Source: a virus (Duplodnaviria > Caudoviricetes). From it: a DNA stretch of 33,690 bases. Position 1 is the first letter of the stretch, and the number at the start of each line of letters is the position of its first letter. The DNA lies in the IMG/VR virus record IMGVR_UViG_3300030103_001366, positions 1 through 33,690 of that record. One strand, written 5' to 3'. This document shows positions 1 to 9,302 of the stretch, one piece after another. The notes beneath the pieces were generated by a model. It saw nothing but the letters and a program-made list of their open reading frames with translations, searched no databases and was not told the origin of the DNA. A program made the translations under genes and the position numbers.

Positions 1-2478
1 GTTTTTAAGTATGAAGACACAGAAAACATATTAGCTAAACAACATAGAGAAATAAATCAAAGGGACTGGGGTGCAATATCATATAACACTGGTGAGGTGT
101 TAGATAGTAACAACAATACATATGAGATTGTTGCACCATTTCAACATATGAAGTTTGAAAGATTGGTAGATGGTTCAACTACTAAAAACATACAAGTTGG
201 TCATTTATTAAATGATAAACTAGATCCATACTTAGGTAAACCTGTAATATTTTATCCTATTCACAGTTCCAACTTAGGAGTTACCGCTGATGGTTTTAAT
301 TTTATAACTGAGATTGATGGTTATGATGGTGGTTCAAGTGACACAGATTCTACACAATCTGTATATTGGATTCCTAGTAACTCACCTGTAGTTTTAAGTA
401 GCGGTAGTGGTTATCCAGAAACAATAAACTTTAATGTAGAGTTAAACGAGTTTACAAATGGAGATGATTATACAGATAGTTTATTTCAAAAATATTATCA
501 ATCATATATAGTAAATGCTTTTAGATTTAATGAAAGGCTTACAAAAATAAAAGCAAGGTTACCTTTAAAGTTTTTAGAGCAGTTTACATTAGCAGATGAA
601 TTACAAATTGTTGATTTAGTTTATAGAATAAATTCTATTACTACAAACTTACAAACTGGTGAATCCACGCTTGAATTATTAAATGGAAGAGAAGCTATAG
701 CTGCTACAGGATCTGCATATGCAAGTGTTACAATATCTACAAGTAGTAATGCAACACCAAGCACTGCCTGTGGTTACACACTAAACAACACACTTTATTA
801 TACAGGTGTTCTTGGAAATGGTGTAAGATTATATACAGATACAGGTTTAACAACTGCTTTTACTGGTACTGGAAATAACTATGCTTTTCCAGGTAGCAAT
901 TATGCAGCAATAGATTCTAACGGTTATATTTCAGGTTATCAGTCTTGTCCAACTTTACCACCTACAGTACAAACCAATTCAACTACGAACATTACTTATA
1001 GTTCATTTACTATGAATGGTAACATATCAGTTGCTAATGGCACAATATCTGACAGAGGTTTTTATTGGGGTACAAATTCTAATTATGCTTCAAATACAAA
1101 AGTTAGCGAGGGTGGAACTGCAACTGGCACATTCTCTGATAACATTACAAGTGGTGTTACAGCTAGTCAAACATATTATGTTACTGCTTATGGGACGAAT
1201 CAACACGGAGAAGGAAGAGGAGCTACAATTAGTTTTGCTGCTACTAACGCACCTAATTTACCTACGGTTATAAAAAGGACTGAATTAAGTGTAACAAGTT
1301 CAGGTTTTACTGCAAGGTTAGAAATTACAGCAGATGGTGGTGCAACTATTGATGATGCAGGTTTTTGGATGGGTACAGACAGCAGTGCTTATAATGCAGG
1401 TAGCAATACTTTTTACGCTATATCACCAACTGTTACAAATATTGGTGTAAAAACATTAGCTTTTTCTGGTTTATCAGGAAGCACTACTTATTATTATTGG
1501 GGTGCAGCTTCAAACACATACAGTGCTAATTATGGTATATCATCTAATTATGAAACAGTAACAACTACTGCAACAGTATATACATACAACAACACTTATT
1601 ACAATCTAAATGACGCTTACTATGCTTGTATTAGTAGTAATCCACAAACATATTATTCAACAAGTAGTACATTTCAAGCAGGTATAGTTTTATACACTAA
1701 TAGTAATTTAACAACATTAGCACCTGATGGTTATTACGCAAGAAGTAATTACTCATATCAAGTGTCAGGTGGTAACGGAACCTTAGGTGCTCAGACAGCT
1801 TGTTCAACAACAACTGTATATAGAGTTCGTATTACAAGTGCATATCCATCAACAAATTATTATGATATGACTACTGTAGAAGCTGCAGGTTTAAGCACTA
1901 CAAATGTTATGTATTTTACAGCATACTGGGGTTCTGGTAGAGTGATGTATTCAAACGTTGGTGTAACTACTACATATACAGGTTCAGGTACTTGGAAAAC
2001 AGATCAAGGTTCTACCTCTTTTCAATACGGTAGATACCCAGAAGGAAAATTATTTTTTGCTCGTAGGCAAAATTTTATTAATGGTGCTTGGACTGATTTA
2101 ACCTCTACAATTACTACTAGTGGATATGACGATTATATTTGTCAAGTAAGCTCTGCAGGTGTCTTAGAAATAATTTATTGGAACTATGACACAGGTGCAT
2201 TAGCTATTACTGGTTCTGCAAGTATGAGTGGTATAAAAATATCAAGCTCAGGAAGTGGTGATGCTGCAACAGCTTGTTCTACTACACCAAGTACAATAGT
2301 TTATTATGACGGTACAAGTATAAGTAATGGTACAGTAATATATACTGATTCTGTTTCAGCAGGTACAACAGGTAGTAGTGATAAATTTAACGGTGGTGGT
2401 AACTGGTATAAATTTGAAAATAACTACAGAGCACAAATAAGTAGTACAGGTGTAGTTTCTAATTACGCAAGTTGCTAA
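1..2478 (+). CDS. Tail tip/hub protein, C-terminal part (5' partial), with two Fn3-like domains and Cys-bounded repeats
   Basis: Frame 1 is open from base 1 (VFKYEDTENIL...), so GTG 97 is probably not the start. Fn3-like PTVxT...GFxWGT...TYYVTAYGTN twice; AC...LYTD/N...C repeats. Confidence 0.75.
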   Translation, partial: VFKYEDTENILAKQHREINQRDWGAISYNTGEVLDSNNNTYEIVAPFQHMKFERLVDGSTTKNIQVGHLLNDKLDPYLGKPVIFYPIHSSNLGVTADGFNFITEIDGYDGGSSDTDSTQSVYWIPSNSPVVLSSGSGYPETINFNVELNEFTNGDDYTDSLFQKYYQSYIVNAFRFNERLTKIKARLPLKFLEQFTLADELQIVDLVYRINSITTNLQTGESTLELLNGREAIAATGSAYASVTISTSSNATPSTACGYTLNNTLYYTGVLGNGVRLYTDTGLTTAFTGTGNNYAFPGSNYAAIDSNGYISGYQSCPTLPPTVQTNSTTNITYSSFTMNGNISVANGTISDRGFYWGTNSNYASNTKVSEGGTATGTFSDNITSGVTASQTYYVTAYGTNQHGEGRGATISFAATNAPNLPTVIKRTELSVTSSGFTARLEITADGGATIDDAGFWMGTDSSAYNAGSNTFYAISPTVTNIGVKTLAFSGLSGSTTYYYWGAASNTYSANYGISSNYETVTTTATVYTYNNTYYNLNDAYYACISSNPQTYYSTSSTFQAGIVLYTNSNLTTLAPDGYYARSNYSYQVSGGNGTLGAQTACSTTTVYRVRITSAYPSTNYYDMTTVEAAGLSTTNVMYFTAYWGSGRVMYSNVGVTTTYTGSGTWKTDQGSTSFQYGRYPEGKLFFARRQNFINGAWTDLTSTITTSGYDDYICQVSSAGVLEIIYWNYDTGALAITGSASMSGIKISSSGSGDAATACSTTPSTIVYYDGTSISNGTVIYTDSVSAGTTGSSDKFNGGGNWYKFENNYRAQISSTGVVSNYASC

Positions 2479-2510
2479 AAAAAACAAAGTAAAAGTATTA
2501 TACTAATATG
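2477..2510 (+). promoter_or_regulatory. Putative late promoter (A-tract + TATTATAC, ATG 12 nt after motif start)
   Basis: A8 2477-2484, TATTATAC 2496-2503, ATG 2508. Confidence 0.7.
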
Positions 2511-2657
2511 CTACAAAATATTATTGATTTATTAAAATACTCGAAAGGCGAAACAGAAAATATTCAAATAGCAAAAGGTAAATATAAATTTCCAAATAGT
2601 GTAGGTGAAGCATACAAACAATTTAGACACGAGTTAAGATGGCAGAAAAAAGGGTAA
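2508..2657 (+). CDS. 49-aa small protein upstream of tape measure (absent from ORF track)
   Basis: MLQNIIDLLKYSKGETENIQIAKGKYKFPNSVGEAYKQFRHELRWQKKG*; ATG at the conserved promoter spacing; overlaps the TMP start. Confidence 0.75.
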   Translation: MLQNIIDLLKYSKGETENIQIAKGKYKFPNSVGEAYKQFRHELRWQKKG

Positions 2658-4414
2658 TAGAGTTAGAAGTAAATGCTAAAAAAGCTGCAGATGATATACA
2701 AGATTTAAGAGAACAATTTTTTGATCTTAAAAAATCAGTTGAAAGTGTAGAAGATAGTGCAAAAAAAACTGCAGACAATACCTCAAAAGGTTTTAAAAAT
2801 TTACAAGGAACTCTAAATAGAGTAAAACAAGGTTTTTCAGGGGTAGCCGTAGCACTTAAAAGCATACCAGTAAGATTAGCACAAGAAGGTTTTAATGTTT
2901 TAAAAGAAGTATTTTTCAGTAATCAAACGGTTGCAGATGCTTATGCTATAGCTTTACAATCAGTAAAAAATATATTTACCACATTTGTAAATTTTGTTCT
3001 AGATAATTCAGATAAGGTTATAGGATTTTTCAAAGGTATTTTTGAAGATCCAATAGGTGCAATTAAAGATTTTGGAAACGCAGTATTAGAAAATCTTACA
3101 GAAAGATTTAAAAGTTATCTTGATACTTTAGGATTTGTAGCTAGTGCAGTTAAAAAAGTATTCAGTGGTGATTTTGCAGGTGCTTTAGATGATATAAAAA
3201 GTGCAGGTAAAGAAGCTGTTGATGTATTGACTGGTGTAGATGGTACAGTTGATAAAGTAGCAGAGACTTTGCCTAAAGTTACTAAAGCAGTTACAGGTTT
3301 TGTAAAAGGGGCAATAGATGGTGCAGAGGCACAAGTAAAACTTGCTAATGCTGCAGAGTTAGCAGCAGCAAATCAAGAACGACTTAGAATAACAAATCTA
3401 AAAGCTGCAGAAGAACAAAGACAAATAAGAGACGATATTAGTGAAGATATTGACAAAAGAATAGAGGCTAATACAAAATTAGGTGAAATATTAGAAAAAG
3501 GGATTGAACAAGAAAAAGTATTAGCAGAAGTAGCGTTGGCAGCAGCAGATGCAGCACTAGCTAATGATACAAAAAATATTCAGTTACAAGCAGAACAAAT
3601 AAGGGCATTAGCTGCAGTTGCAGAAATAGAAGAAAGATTAGGTGGACAAAGATCAGAACAGCTTACTAATGAAATTGCATTACAACAAGAAAAATTAGAT
3701 CTTATAGTTTCTGAAAACGAGCAACAATCTAATCTTAGACAGATAGAGTTACAAGGTGCAATAGAATCTGAAAAAAGTATATTTAAAAGATTTGAATTAG
3801 AAAAACAATTATTAGATGAACAATTAGCTCTAGCAGAACTAAATTTAGAAAAAACTGCTGAAATATTTGACGAAGAAACTTTACAATTTAAAAATGCTTT
3901 AAAAGCAAGAGACGAGGCAAAAGCACAATCAGAGGCAGCACAAACAGCTATAACAATAGCAGAAGAAGATGCTAGAAGAGAAATAGGGCTAACAACACTA
4001 GCTATGATTTCACAAGCAGCAGGTAAACAATCAGTATTAGGTAAAGCAGCAGCAATAGCTCAAACTATTATAAACACTAAAGAGGCAGTAACAAATGCAC
4101 TTAAAGGTGCACCAGTACCATTTAATTTTGCATTAGCAGCAGCGACAGCAGCGTTTGGTGCAAAACAAGTAGCTGATATTATTAGTACAAAAGTACCTGG
4201 AGAAACAATGGGTATGAGTGGAAGTGTTGGAGGAGCACAAGGTACAGTACCTGAAACTACGCCACCAGACTTTAATGTTGTAGGTGCATCGCCAATAAAT
4301 CAATTAGCACAATCACTAAACAACCAAGAACCACAAAGAGCTTTTGTTGTATCAGGTGATGTAACAACAGCACAAGAATTAGATAGAAATATAATTACTG
4401 AGAGTGGAATATAA
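2639..4414 (+). CDS. Tail tape measure protein
   Basis: 591 aa, Ala/Glu/Lys-rich helical coiled-coil, amphipathic F..F..F repeats, small-residue AAIAQ-type C-terminal region; tail gene context. Confidence 0.75.
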   Translation: MAEKRVIELEVNAKKAADDIQDLREQFFDLKKSVESVEDSAKKTADNTSKGFKNLQGTLNRVKQGFSGVAVALKSIPVRLAQEGFNVLKEVFFSNQTVADAYAIALQSVKNIFTTFVNFVLDNSDKVIGFFKGIFEDPIGAIKDFGNAVLENLTERFKSYLDTLGFVASAVKKVFSGDFAGALDDIKSAGKEAVDVLTGVDGTVDKVAETLPKVTKAVTGFVKGAIDGAEAQVKLANAAELAAANQERLRITNLKAAEEQRQIRDDISEDIDKRIEANTKLGEILEKGIEQEKVLAEVALAAADAALANDTKNIQLQAEQIRALAAVAEIEERLGGQRSEQLTNEIALQQEKLDLIVSENEQQSNLRQIELQGAIESEKSIFKRFELEKQLLDEQLALAELNLEKTAEIFDEETLQFKNALKARDEAKAQSEAAQTAITIAEEDARREIGLTTLAMISQAAGKQSVLGKAAAIAQTIINTKEAVTNALKGAPVPFNFALAAATAAFGAKQVADIISTKVPGETMGMSGSVGGAQGTVPETTPPDFNVVGASPINQLAQSLNNQEPQRAFVVSGDVTTAQELDRNIITESGI

Positions 4415-4447
4415 AAAAAACAGTAAAATAAATATTATATATATATG
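4413..4447 (+). promoter_or_regulatory. Putative late promoter
   Basis: A8 4413-4420, TATTATAT 4433-4440, ATG 4445. Confidence 0.7.
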
Positions 4448-6022
4448 AAAATAGTAGAACTTATATTAGACGAAGACCAAGAGTACTCAGGTATTGAAGC
4501 TATAAGTATAGTAGAAAGACCTGCTATAGAAGAAGATTTTATAGCACTTAAAGATCAAGAAGTTAAGTTAGCAGAACTTGATACAGAGAAAAGAATACTA
4601 TTAGGAGCATTACTTGTGCCAAATAAACCAATATTAAGAAAAGGTGACGATGATGATTATTATATTTATTTTTCCAGAGAGACTGTTAAAAAGGCTAGTG
4701 AGTTATATCTTATGGAGGGTAACCAAAACAATGCAACGCTAGAACACCAAATGAACCTTAAAGGTTTGTCGCTAGTTGAGAGTTGGATAGTAGAAGATCC
4801 TAAAAAAGATAAAACACAAGTATATGGTTTAGAGTATCCTGTAGGCACTTGGGTAGGTGCTATGAAAGTTACATCTGATAATGTATGGAATGAGTATGTA
4901 AAAACAGGTAGAGTTAAAGGATTTAGTATAGAAGGATATTTTCAAGATAAAAACCAAAAGAAAGGCAAATCAGATTTAGCTGCATTAGAAAATGAAGAGG
5001 CACAATATTTATTAAACAGAGTTACTGATATTTTAACAGGTAACTATATAACTCTTGAAAGCTATAACGACTATCCTGATGCCGTAGCTAATAATGCTAA
5101 AAGAGGTATTGAGCTAAATGATAAAGTAAACAACAAATGTGCTACAGATGTTGGTAAAATAAGAGCACAGCAACTTGCAAAAAAAGAAAAAATATCGGTA
5201 GAGACTATACAAAGAATGAAAAGTTTTCTATCTAGAGCAGAGACTTATTACGATCCTGGTAATAATGAGGCTTGTGGTACTATCGCTTACTTACTTTGGG
5301 GAGGTAAAGCAGGTTTGCGATGGGCTACAAGTAAACTAAATAAATTAGAACTTTATTCACAAGTTGTTAACGATGACTTTGCAATTATAGATGATAGACT
5401 TGCGTATTCAACACAAGAGAAGGCAGAGGAGATGGCAAAAAATATTGGTTGTGAAGGATTTCATACACACGAATACGAAGATAAAACTTGGTATATGCCT
5501 TGTGAAAAACATATTACTGATTTAAAAAAAAAATATAAGTGCCCACCTGGATATAAAAAAGACTACCAAAAACACAAGTGCGTAAAGATGACTGCAGAGG
5601 AACTTGCAGAGGTAGGACCAAGAGGTGGTATTCGTAGATCAAAGAAAGCACCAAAGAGTAGCACACCAAACCCTAGACCAAAAGGTAAAGGAACTGCAAG
5701 AGGTGATGCAAAAACAAGTAGAGGTGCAAAAGTAGATAAAGCGACAGAGGCTAGTTTAAAAAAAAAATCTGATGAGTTTAACGAAAGATATAAGAAAAAA
5801 TTAGGTTATGGTGCTACTGTTGGACAATTAAAAACAGTTTACCAAAGAGGTCTTGGTGCATTTAATGTATCACACAGTCCTAATGTTACAAGTGCAAAAC
5901 AGTGGGCTATGGCTAGAGTAAATGCGTATTTGTATTTAGTACGCAACGGAAGACCGCAGAATGCAAAATATAAAGGTGATAACGACTTACTCCCTAAGGG
6001 ACACCCAAAGTCAAATAAATAA
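4445..6022 (+). CDS. Prohead maturation serine protease (XkdF-like) with several appended C-terminal modules
   Basis: N-terminal ISIVERPAIE, LEH, ESW, GTW, GFSIEG motifs; sits upstream of scaffold and capsid genes. Confidence 0.8.
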   Translation: MKIVELILDEDQEYSGIEAISIVERPAIEEDFIALKDQEVKLAELDTEKRILLGALLVPNKPILRKGDDDDYYIYFSRETVKKASELYLMEGNQNNATLEHQMNLKGLSLVESWIVEDPKKDKTQVYGLEYPVGTWVGAMKVTSDNVWNEYVKTGRVKGFSIEGYFQDKNQKKGKSDLAALENEEAQYLLNRVTDILTGNYITLESYNDYPDAVANNAKRGIELNDKVNNKCATDVGKIRAQQLAKKEKISVETIQRMKSFLSRAETYYDPGNNEACGTIAYLLWGGKAGLRWATSKLNKLELYSQVVNDDFAIIDDRLAYSTQEKAEEMAKNIGCEGFHTHEYEDKTWYMPCEKHITDLKKKYKCPPGYKKDYQKHKCVKMTAEELAEVGPRGGIRRSKKAPKSSTPNPRPKGKGTARGDAKTSRGAKVDKATEASLKKKSDEFNERYKKKLGYGATVGQLKTVYQRGLGAFNVSHSPNVTSAKQWAMARVNAYLYLVRNGRPQNAKYKGDNDLLPKGHPKSNK

Positions 6023-6028
6023 ATAATT

Positions 6029-6061
6029 ATGTGTAATTGTAACTACTGTATTTGTAAATAA
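6029..6061 (+). CDS. Putative 10-aa Cys-rich micro-peptide MCNCNYCICK
   Basis: ATG 6029 after an A/T-rich leader; its TAA overlaps the next ATG (TAATG). Confidence 0.4.
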   Translation: MCNCNYCICK

Positions 6062-6213
6062 TGCCAAAAAGAAAACAATTTAAAACACCTAGCCACACAT
6101 CTCCAAAAGGTGGCAGAAGAGCTTGTTTGTGCGATGACAATACCTATAGGATTGAGTGTTGTGATGGATCTCTACTTGCACAAGGTATAGGACTTATAAA
6201 TAAGTCAAGCTGA
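6061..6213 (+). CDS. 50-aa basic Cys-containing small protein (absent from ORF track)
   Basis: MPKRKQFKTPSHTSPKGGRRACLCDDNTYRIECCDGSLLAQGIGLINKSS*; fills the gap between protease and scaffold. Confidence 0.75.
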   Translation: MPKRKQFKTPSHTSPKGGRRACLCDDNTYRIECCDGSLLAQGIGLINKSS

Positions 6214-6219
6214 AAATAT

Positions 6220-6252
6220 AAATTTTTTTTATAAAAATATTATATCTATATG
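6220..6252 (+). promoter_or_regulatory. Putative late promoter of the scaffold-capsid operon
   Basis: TATTATAT 6238-6245, ATG 6250; the upstream tract is atypical (AAA then T8). Confidence 0.65.
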
Positions 6253-6855
6253 AATGCAAACGAAATGCTACATAAAGTAAAAACTTTACTAGGTGTAGAT
6301 ACAGACAACATTGAAGTAAATCTCGAAGAGGTTGCTTTAGAGCAACTTACTTTAGAGAATGGGACTATCCTCGAAGCAGAAAATTTTTCTAGTGGAGAGG
6401 AAGTATTTATCGTTACTGATGATGAGAAAGTATCATTACCAGTGGGCGAGTATGAATTAAGTGATAATAGAATATTAATCGTAAAAACAGAAGGAATGAT
6501 TGATGAAATCAAAAACTCAGAAGAGGTAGTTGAAGAAACTCAACAAGCCGAATTAGAAGAAACGCCAAAAAAAGAAGAAGAAAAAATGGCGTATGCTACT
6601 AAAGAAGAAATGACAGCTTTAGCAGAAGCAGTTGAAGAGGTCAAGAATCAACTTAGAGAAGTCGTTGAAAAAATGATGGACGAAAAGGAGAAAAAAGAAG
6701 AAATGGCAAAACAAGAAACACTTAGCAAACCTGCGGTAGATGGTATCAAACACACACCAGAAACAACAGATGCTAAATTAGGTTCAAGATATGCTGTTAA
6801 TTCAAATAACAATACTACTTACAATAGAGTATTACAAGCAATAACTAATAATTAA
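6250..6855 (+). CDS. Capsid scaffolding protein
   Basis: Very acidic, coiled-coil C-terminal half, LPVGEYELSD motif; lies between protease and capsid. Confidence 0.7.
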   Translation: MNANEMLHKVKTLLGVDTDNIEVNLEEVALEQLTLENGTILEAENFSSGEEVFIVTDDEKVSLPVGEYELSDNRILIVKTEGMIDEIKNSEEVVEETQQAELEETPKKEEEKMAYATKEEMTALAEAVEEVKNQLREVVEKMMDEKEKKEEMAKQETLSKPAVDGIKHTPETTDAKLGSRYAVNSNNNTTYNRVLQAITNN

Positions 6856-6863
6856 TAATAAAA

Positions 6864-7274
6864 ATGGCAACAACTATATCAAATGACGTTACTAGAATCT
6901 TTGGGAAACAAGAAACGTTAACGGCAGCAACAACACTAACAGCTGCTGATTCAGGTAAAACATATTTAATAAATGGTACAGGTTATACTGTAACACTACC
7001 TGCTCCTCACGCAGGTTTTTCAGTTAAGTTTATTGTGGCTGCTGCATTTTCAACGGATTGTGTTATACAAACACCTGCTGATAACAGAGATATTCTAAAC
7101 GGTGGTGTGATTGTAAATGGTGCAATCGTAGAGGCAGACGCAGTAGATCAAGTAACATTTGAAGACGGTGCAGAAAGTATTGGAGATCACGTTGAAATTT
7201 CAAGTGATGGTACAAACTTTTATTTATCAGGTAATGGTAACGCAGCTTCATCTATAACAGTAGGGGAACTATAA
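6864..7274 (+). CDS. Putative capsid decoration/cement protein
   Basis: 136 aa, beta-rich (TLTAADSGKTY...VTLPAP), immediately upstream of the major capsid gene. Confidence 0.5.
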   Translation: MATTISNDVTRIFGKQETLTAATTLTAADSGKTYLINGTGYTVTLPAPHAGFSVKFIVAAAFSTDCVIQTPADNRDILNGGVIVNGAIVEADAVDQVTFEDGAESIGDHVEISSDGTNFYLSGNGNAASSITVGEL

Positions 7275-7289
7275 TAATAATAATAATAA
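7272..7289 (+). repeat. (TAA)6 tandem repeat in the major capsid leader
   Basis: taataataataataataa directly visible; six in-frame stops after the 6864 ORF. Confidence 0.9.
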
Positions 7290-7297
7290 TTTAGAAA

Positions 7298-8227
7298 ATG
7301 GCAACAACTAATAATTTAACAACGACGTATTCTGGAGAATTCGCAGGGCGATATATAAGTGCAGCGTTACTATCTGGAAAAACATTAGCAGCAGGAAACA
7401 TAACTGTTGTTCCTAACGTTAAGTTTAAGCAAGTAATGAAAAAAGTTTCTACAAACGCTATTGTAAAAGATGCGTCTTGTGACTTTGATCCAACATCAAC
7501 TTTAACTTTAACTGAAAGAATTTTACAGCCAGAAGAGTTTCAAGTAAACTTACAGCTTTGTAAAAAAGATTTCAGATCAGATTGGGAAGCAGTACAAATG
7601 GGATTCTCTGCTTATGATAATTTACCACCACAATTTAGCGACTTTTTAATTGCTCACGTAGCAGACAAAGTAGCTCAAAAAATGGAACAAAACATTTGGA
7701 ACGGAACTAATGCAAACGCAGGAGAGTTTGACGGATTTAAAACAACACTACTAGCAGACGCTGATGTAGTTGATGTAGCAGGTCAAGCATCTACAAGTTC
7801 AAACGTAGCAGCAGAAATCGGTAAAGTAATGGACGCTATTCCATCAGCAGTATATGGTGCGGAAGACTTAGTAATTTATGTACCAAGCAACATCTTAAGA
7901 AACTATATTAGATCTTTAGGTGGTTTTGGTGCTAACGGACTAGGAGCAGCAGGTACAAACAACGAAGGTAACCAGTGGTACAATATGGGTAACGCTGTAT
8001 CTTTTGATGGTGTAGAATTAGTACACGCACCAGGTTTAGCAAGTGACACAATGATTGCGGCTGAGCGAGGAAATCTCTTTTTTGGGACAGGACTCCTAAG
8101 TGATCAAAATGAAGTAAAAGTAATTGATATGGCAGATATTGATGGCTCTCAAAACGTAAGAGTTATTATGAGATTTACTGCAGGTATCCAACACGGAATA
8201 GGTTCAGATATTGTACTATATTCTTAA
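7298..8227 (+). CDS. Major capsid protein (HK97-type fold)
   Basis: 309 aa; DASCDFDP...QPEEFQVNLQLCKKDF, IWNG...FDGF, VRVIMRFTAG; follows the scaffold; biased codon usage. Confidence 0.85.
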   Translation: MATTNNLTTTYSGEFAGRYISAALLSGKTLAAGNITVVPNVKFKQVMKKVSTNAIVKDASCDFDPTSTLTLTERILQPEEFQVNLQLCKKDFRSDWEAVQMGFSAYDNLPPQFSDFLIAHVADKVAQKMEQNIWNGTNANAGEFDGFKTTLLADADVVDVAGQASTSSNVAAEIGKVMDAIPSAVYGAEDLVIYVPSNILRNYIRSLGGFGANGLGAAGTNNEGNQWYNMGNAVSFDGVELVHAPGLASDTMIAAERGNLFFGTGLLSDQNEVKVIDMADIDGSQNVRVIMRFTAGIQHGIGSDIVLYS

Positions 8228-8250
8228 TGTTTAACTTTAAAATTTAAAAT

Positions 8251-8784
8251 ATGGCTTGTGCATTAACAACAGGAAGAAAATTACCTTGTAAAGAATCAGT
8301 AGGTGGATTATCTACAGTATTCTTTGGTGATTTTGGTACGCTAGGTACACTAACCACGTCAGGTGGTGAAGTAACTGCAATAAGTGGTTCACCCGCTTTA
8401 TTTCAGTATGACTTAAAGGGTGCAACAAGTTCTTTAACAACAAATGTTATTTCTTCAAGGGATACAGGTACAACACACTATGAAACGACTTTAGAAATTA
8501 CATTAACACATTTAGATAAGGCAACAGCTGAGGAATTAAAAATAATTGCAAAAGCTAGACCTCATATATTTGTTAAAGATAACAACCAAACACCTAACTA
8601 TTTTTTGGTTGGAAAAGAGCAAGGAGCAGAAGTAACTGCAGGTACAGTGGTAAGTGGAGCTAATTTTGGAGAGTTAAGTGGTTATACGCTTACATTCCAA
8701 GCTATTGAAGCAATACCACCATTATTTGTAACAGCAAGTGTTGTTACATCAGCAGCGAGTGCAACTCAAATAGATCCTGCTTAA
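8251..8784 (+). CDS. Putative major tail tube protein
   Basis: 177 aa; MAC...GR..PCK.SVGG N-terminus and G....GELSGYTLTF C-terminus; co-transcribed with capsid and followed by a strong terminator. Confidence 0.6.
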   Translation: MACALTTGRKLPCKESVGGLSTVFFGDFGTLGTLTTSGGEVTAISGSPALFQYDLKGATSSLTTNVISSRDTGTTHYETTLEITLTHLDKATAEELKIIAKARPHIFVKDNNQTPNYFLVGKEQGAEVTAGTVVSGANFGELSGYTLTFQAIEAIPPLFVTASVVTSAASATQIDPA

Positions 8785-8807
8785 TAGTTTTTTTTAATTG
8801 TAATAAG

Positions 8808-8836
8808 AAAGGGGAGCAAAGTACTCCCCTTTTTTT
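8808..8836 (+). terminator. Rho-independent terminator
   Basis: AAAGGGGAG-caaagta-CTCCCCTTT followed by a T run. Confidence 0.9.
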
Positions 8837-8840
8837 ATAT

Positions 8841-8873
8841 AAAAAAGTGTAATTTTACTATTATATAAGTATG
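8841..8873 (+). promoter_or_regulatory. Putative late promoter
   Basis: A6 8841-8846, TATTATAT 8859-8866, ATG 8871; directly after a terminator. Confidence 0.75.
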
Positions 8874-9302
8874 AAGATTTTACAAACAGGTGGTGCAAAC
8901 CAAACTCTTACGGTAGTTCCTAGATCATATCCTACATCAGTAACACTAACTGTAAGAGATACAAGCACAAATACATCTACGGTTACACAAACTGTAACAT
9001 TTACAAAATCAAATGACAAAGCAAGTTTTACACACGCATATAATTTAAAAGAAGGTAGGTTTTATGATCTTAAATTAGAAGAGGGTATTGGTTCAAACTG
9101 GGATCAAGTTACGACACAGTGGCAATTAGCAACCGATAACTGGGAAAGCGTGTTTTCGTCTTTAGAAACTATTTACCTAGATAAAATATTTTGTACGGAC
9201 CAAACTATAAATCAAGCTACAAATAGTTATTATACTATTAATAGTGGAGAATACACAGAAACAACAAGTTACCCAGAAGATGAGTACACAATAATAGACT
9301 AA
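8871..9302 (+). CDS. Hypothetical virion structural protein
   Basis: 143 aa, Thr-rich beta protein, coupled to portal by TAATG overlap. Confidence 0.6.
   Translation: MKILQTGGANQTLTVVPRSYPTSVTLTVRDTSTNTSTVTQTVTFTKSNDKASFTHAYNLKEGRFYDLKLEEGIGSNWDQVTTQWQLATDNWESVFSSLETIYLDKIFCTDQTINQATNSYYTINSGEYTETTSYPEDEYTIID

Noticed and set aside
97-99. GTG 97 as start of the first ORF
   Set aside because: The frame is open from base 1 and likely continues the ORF leaving the right end
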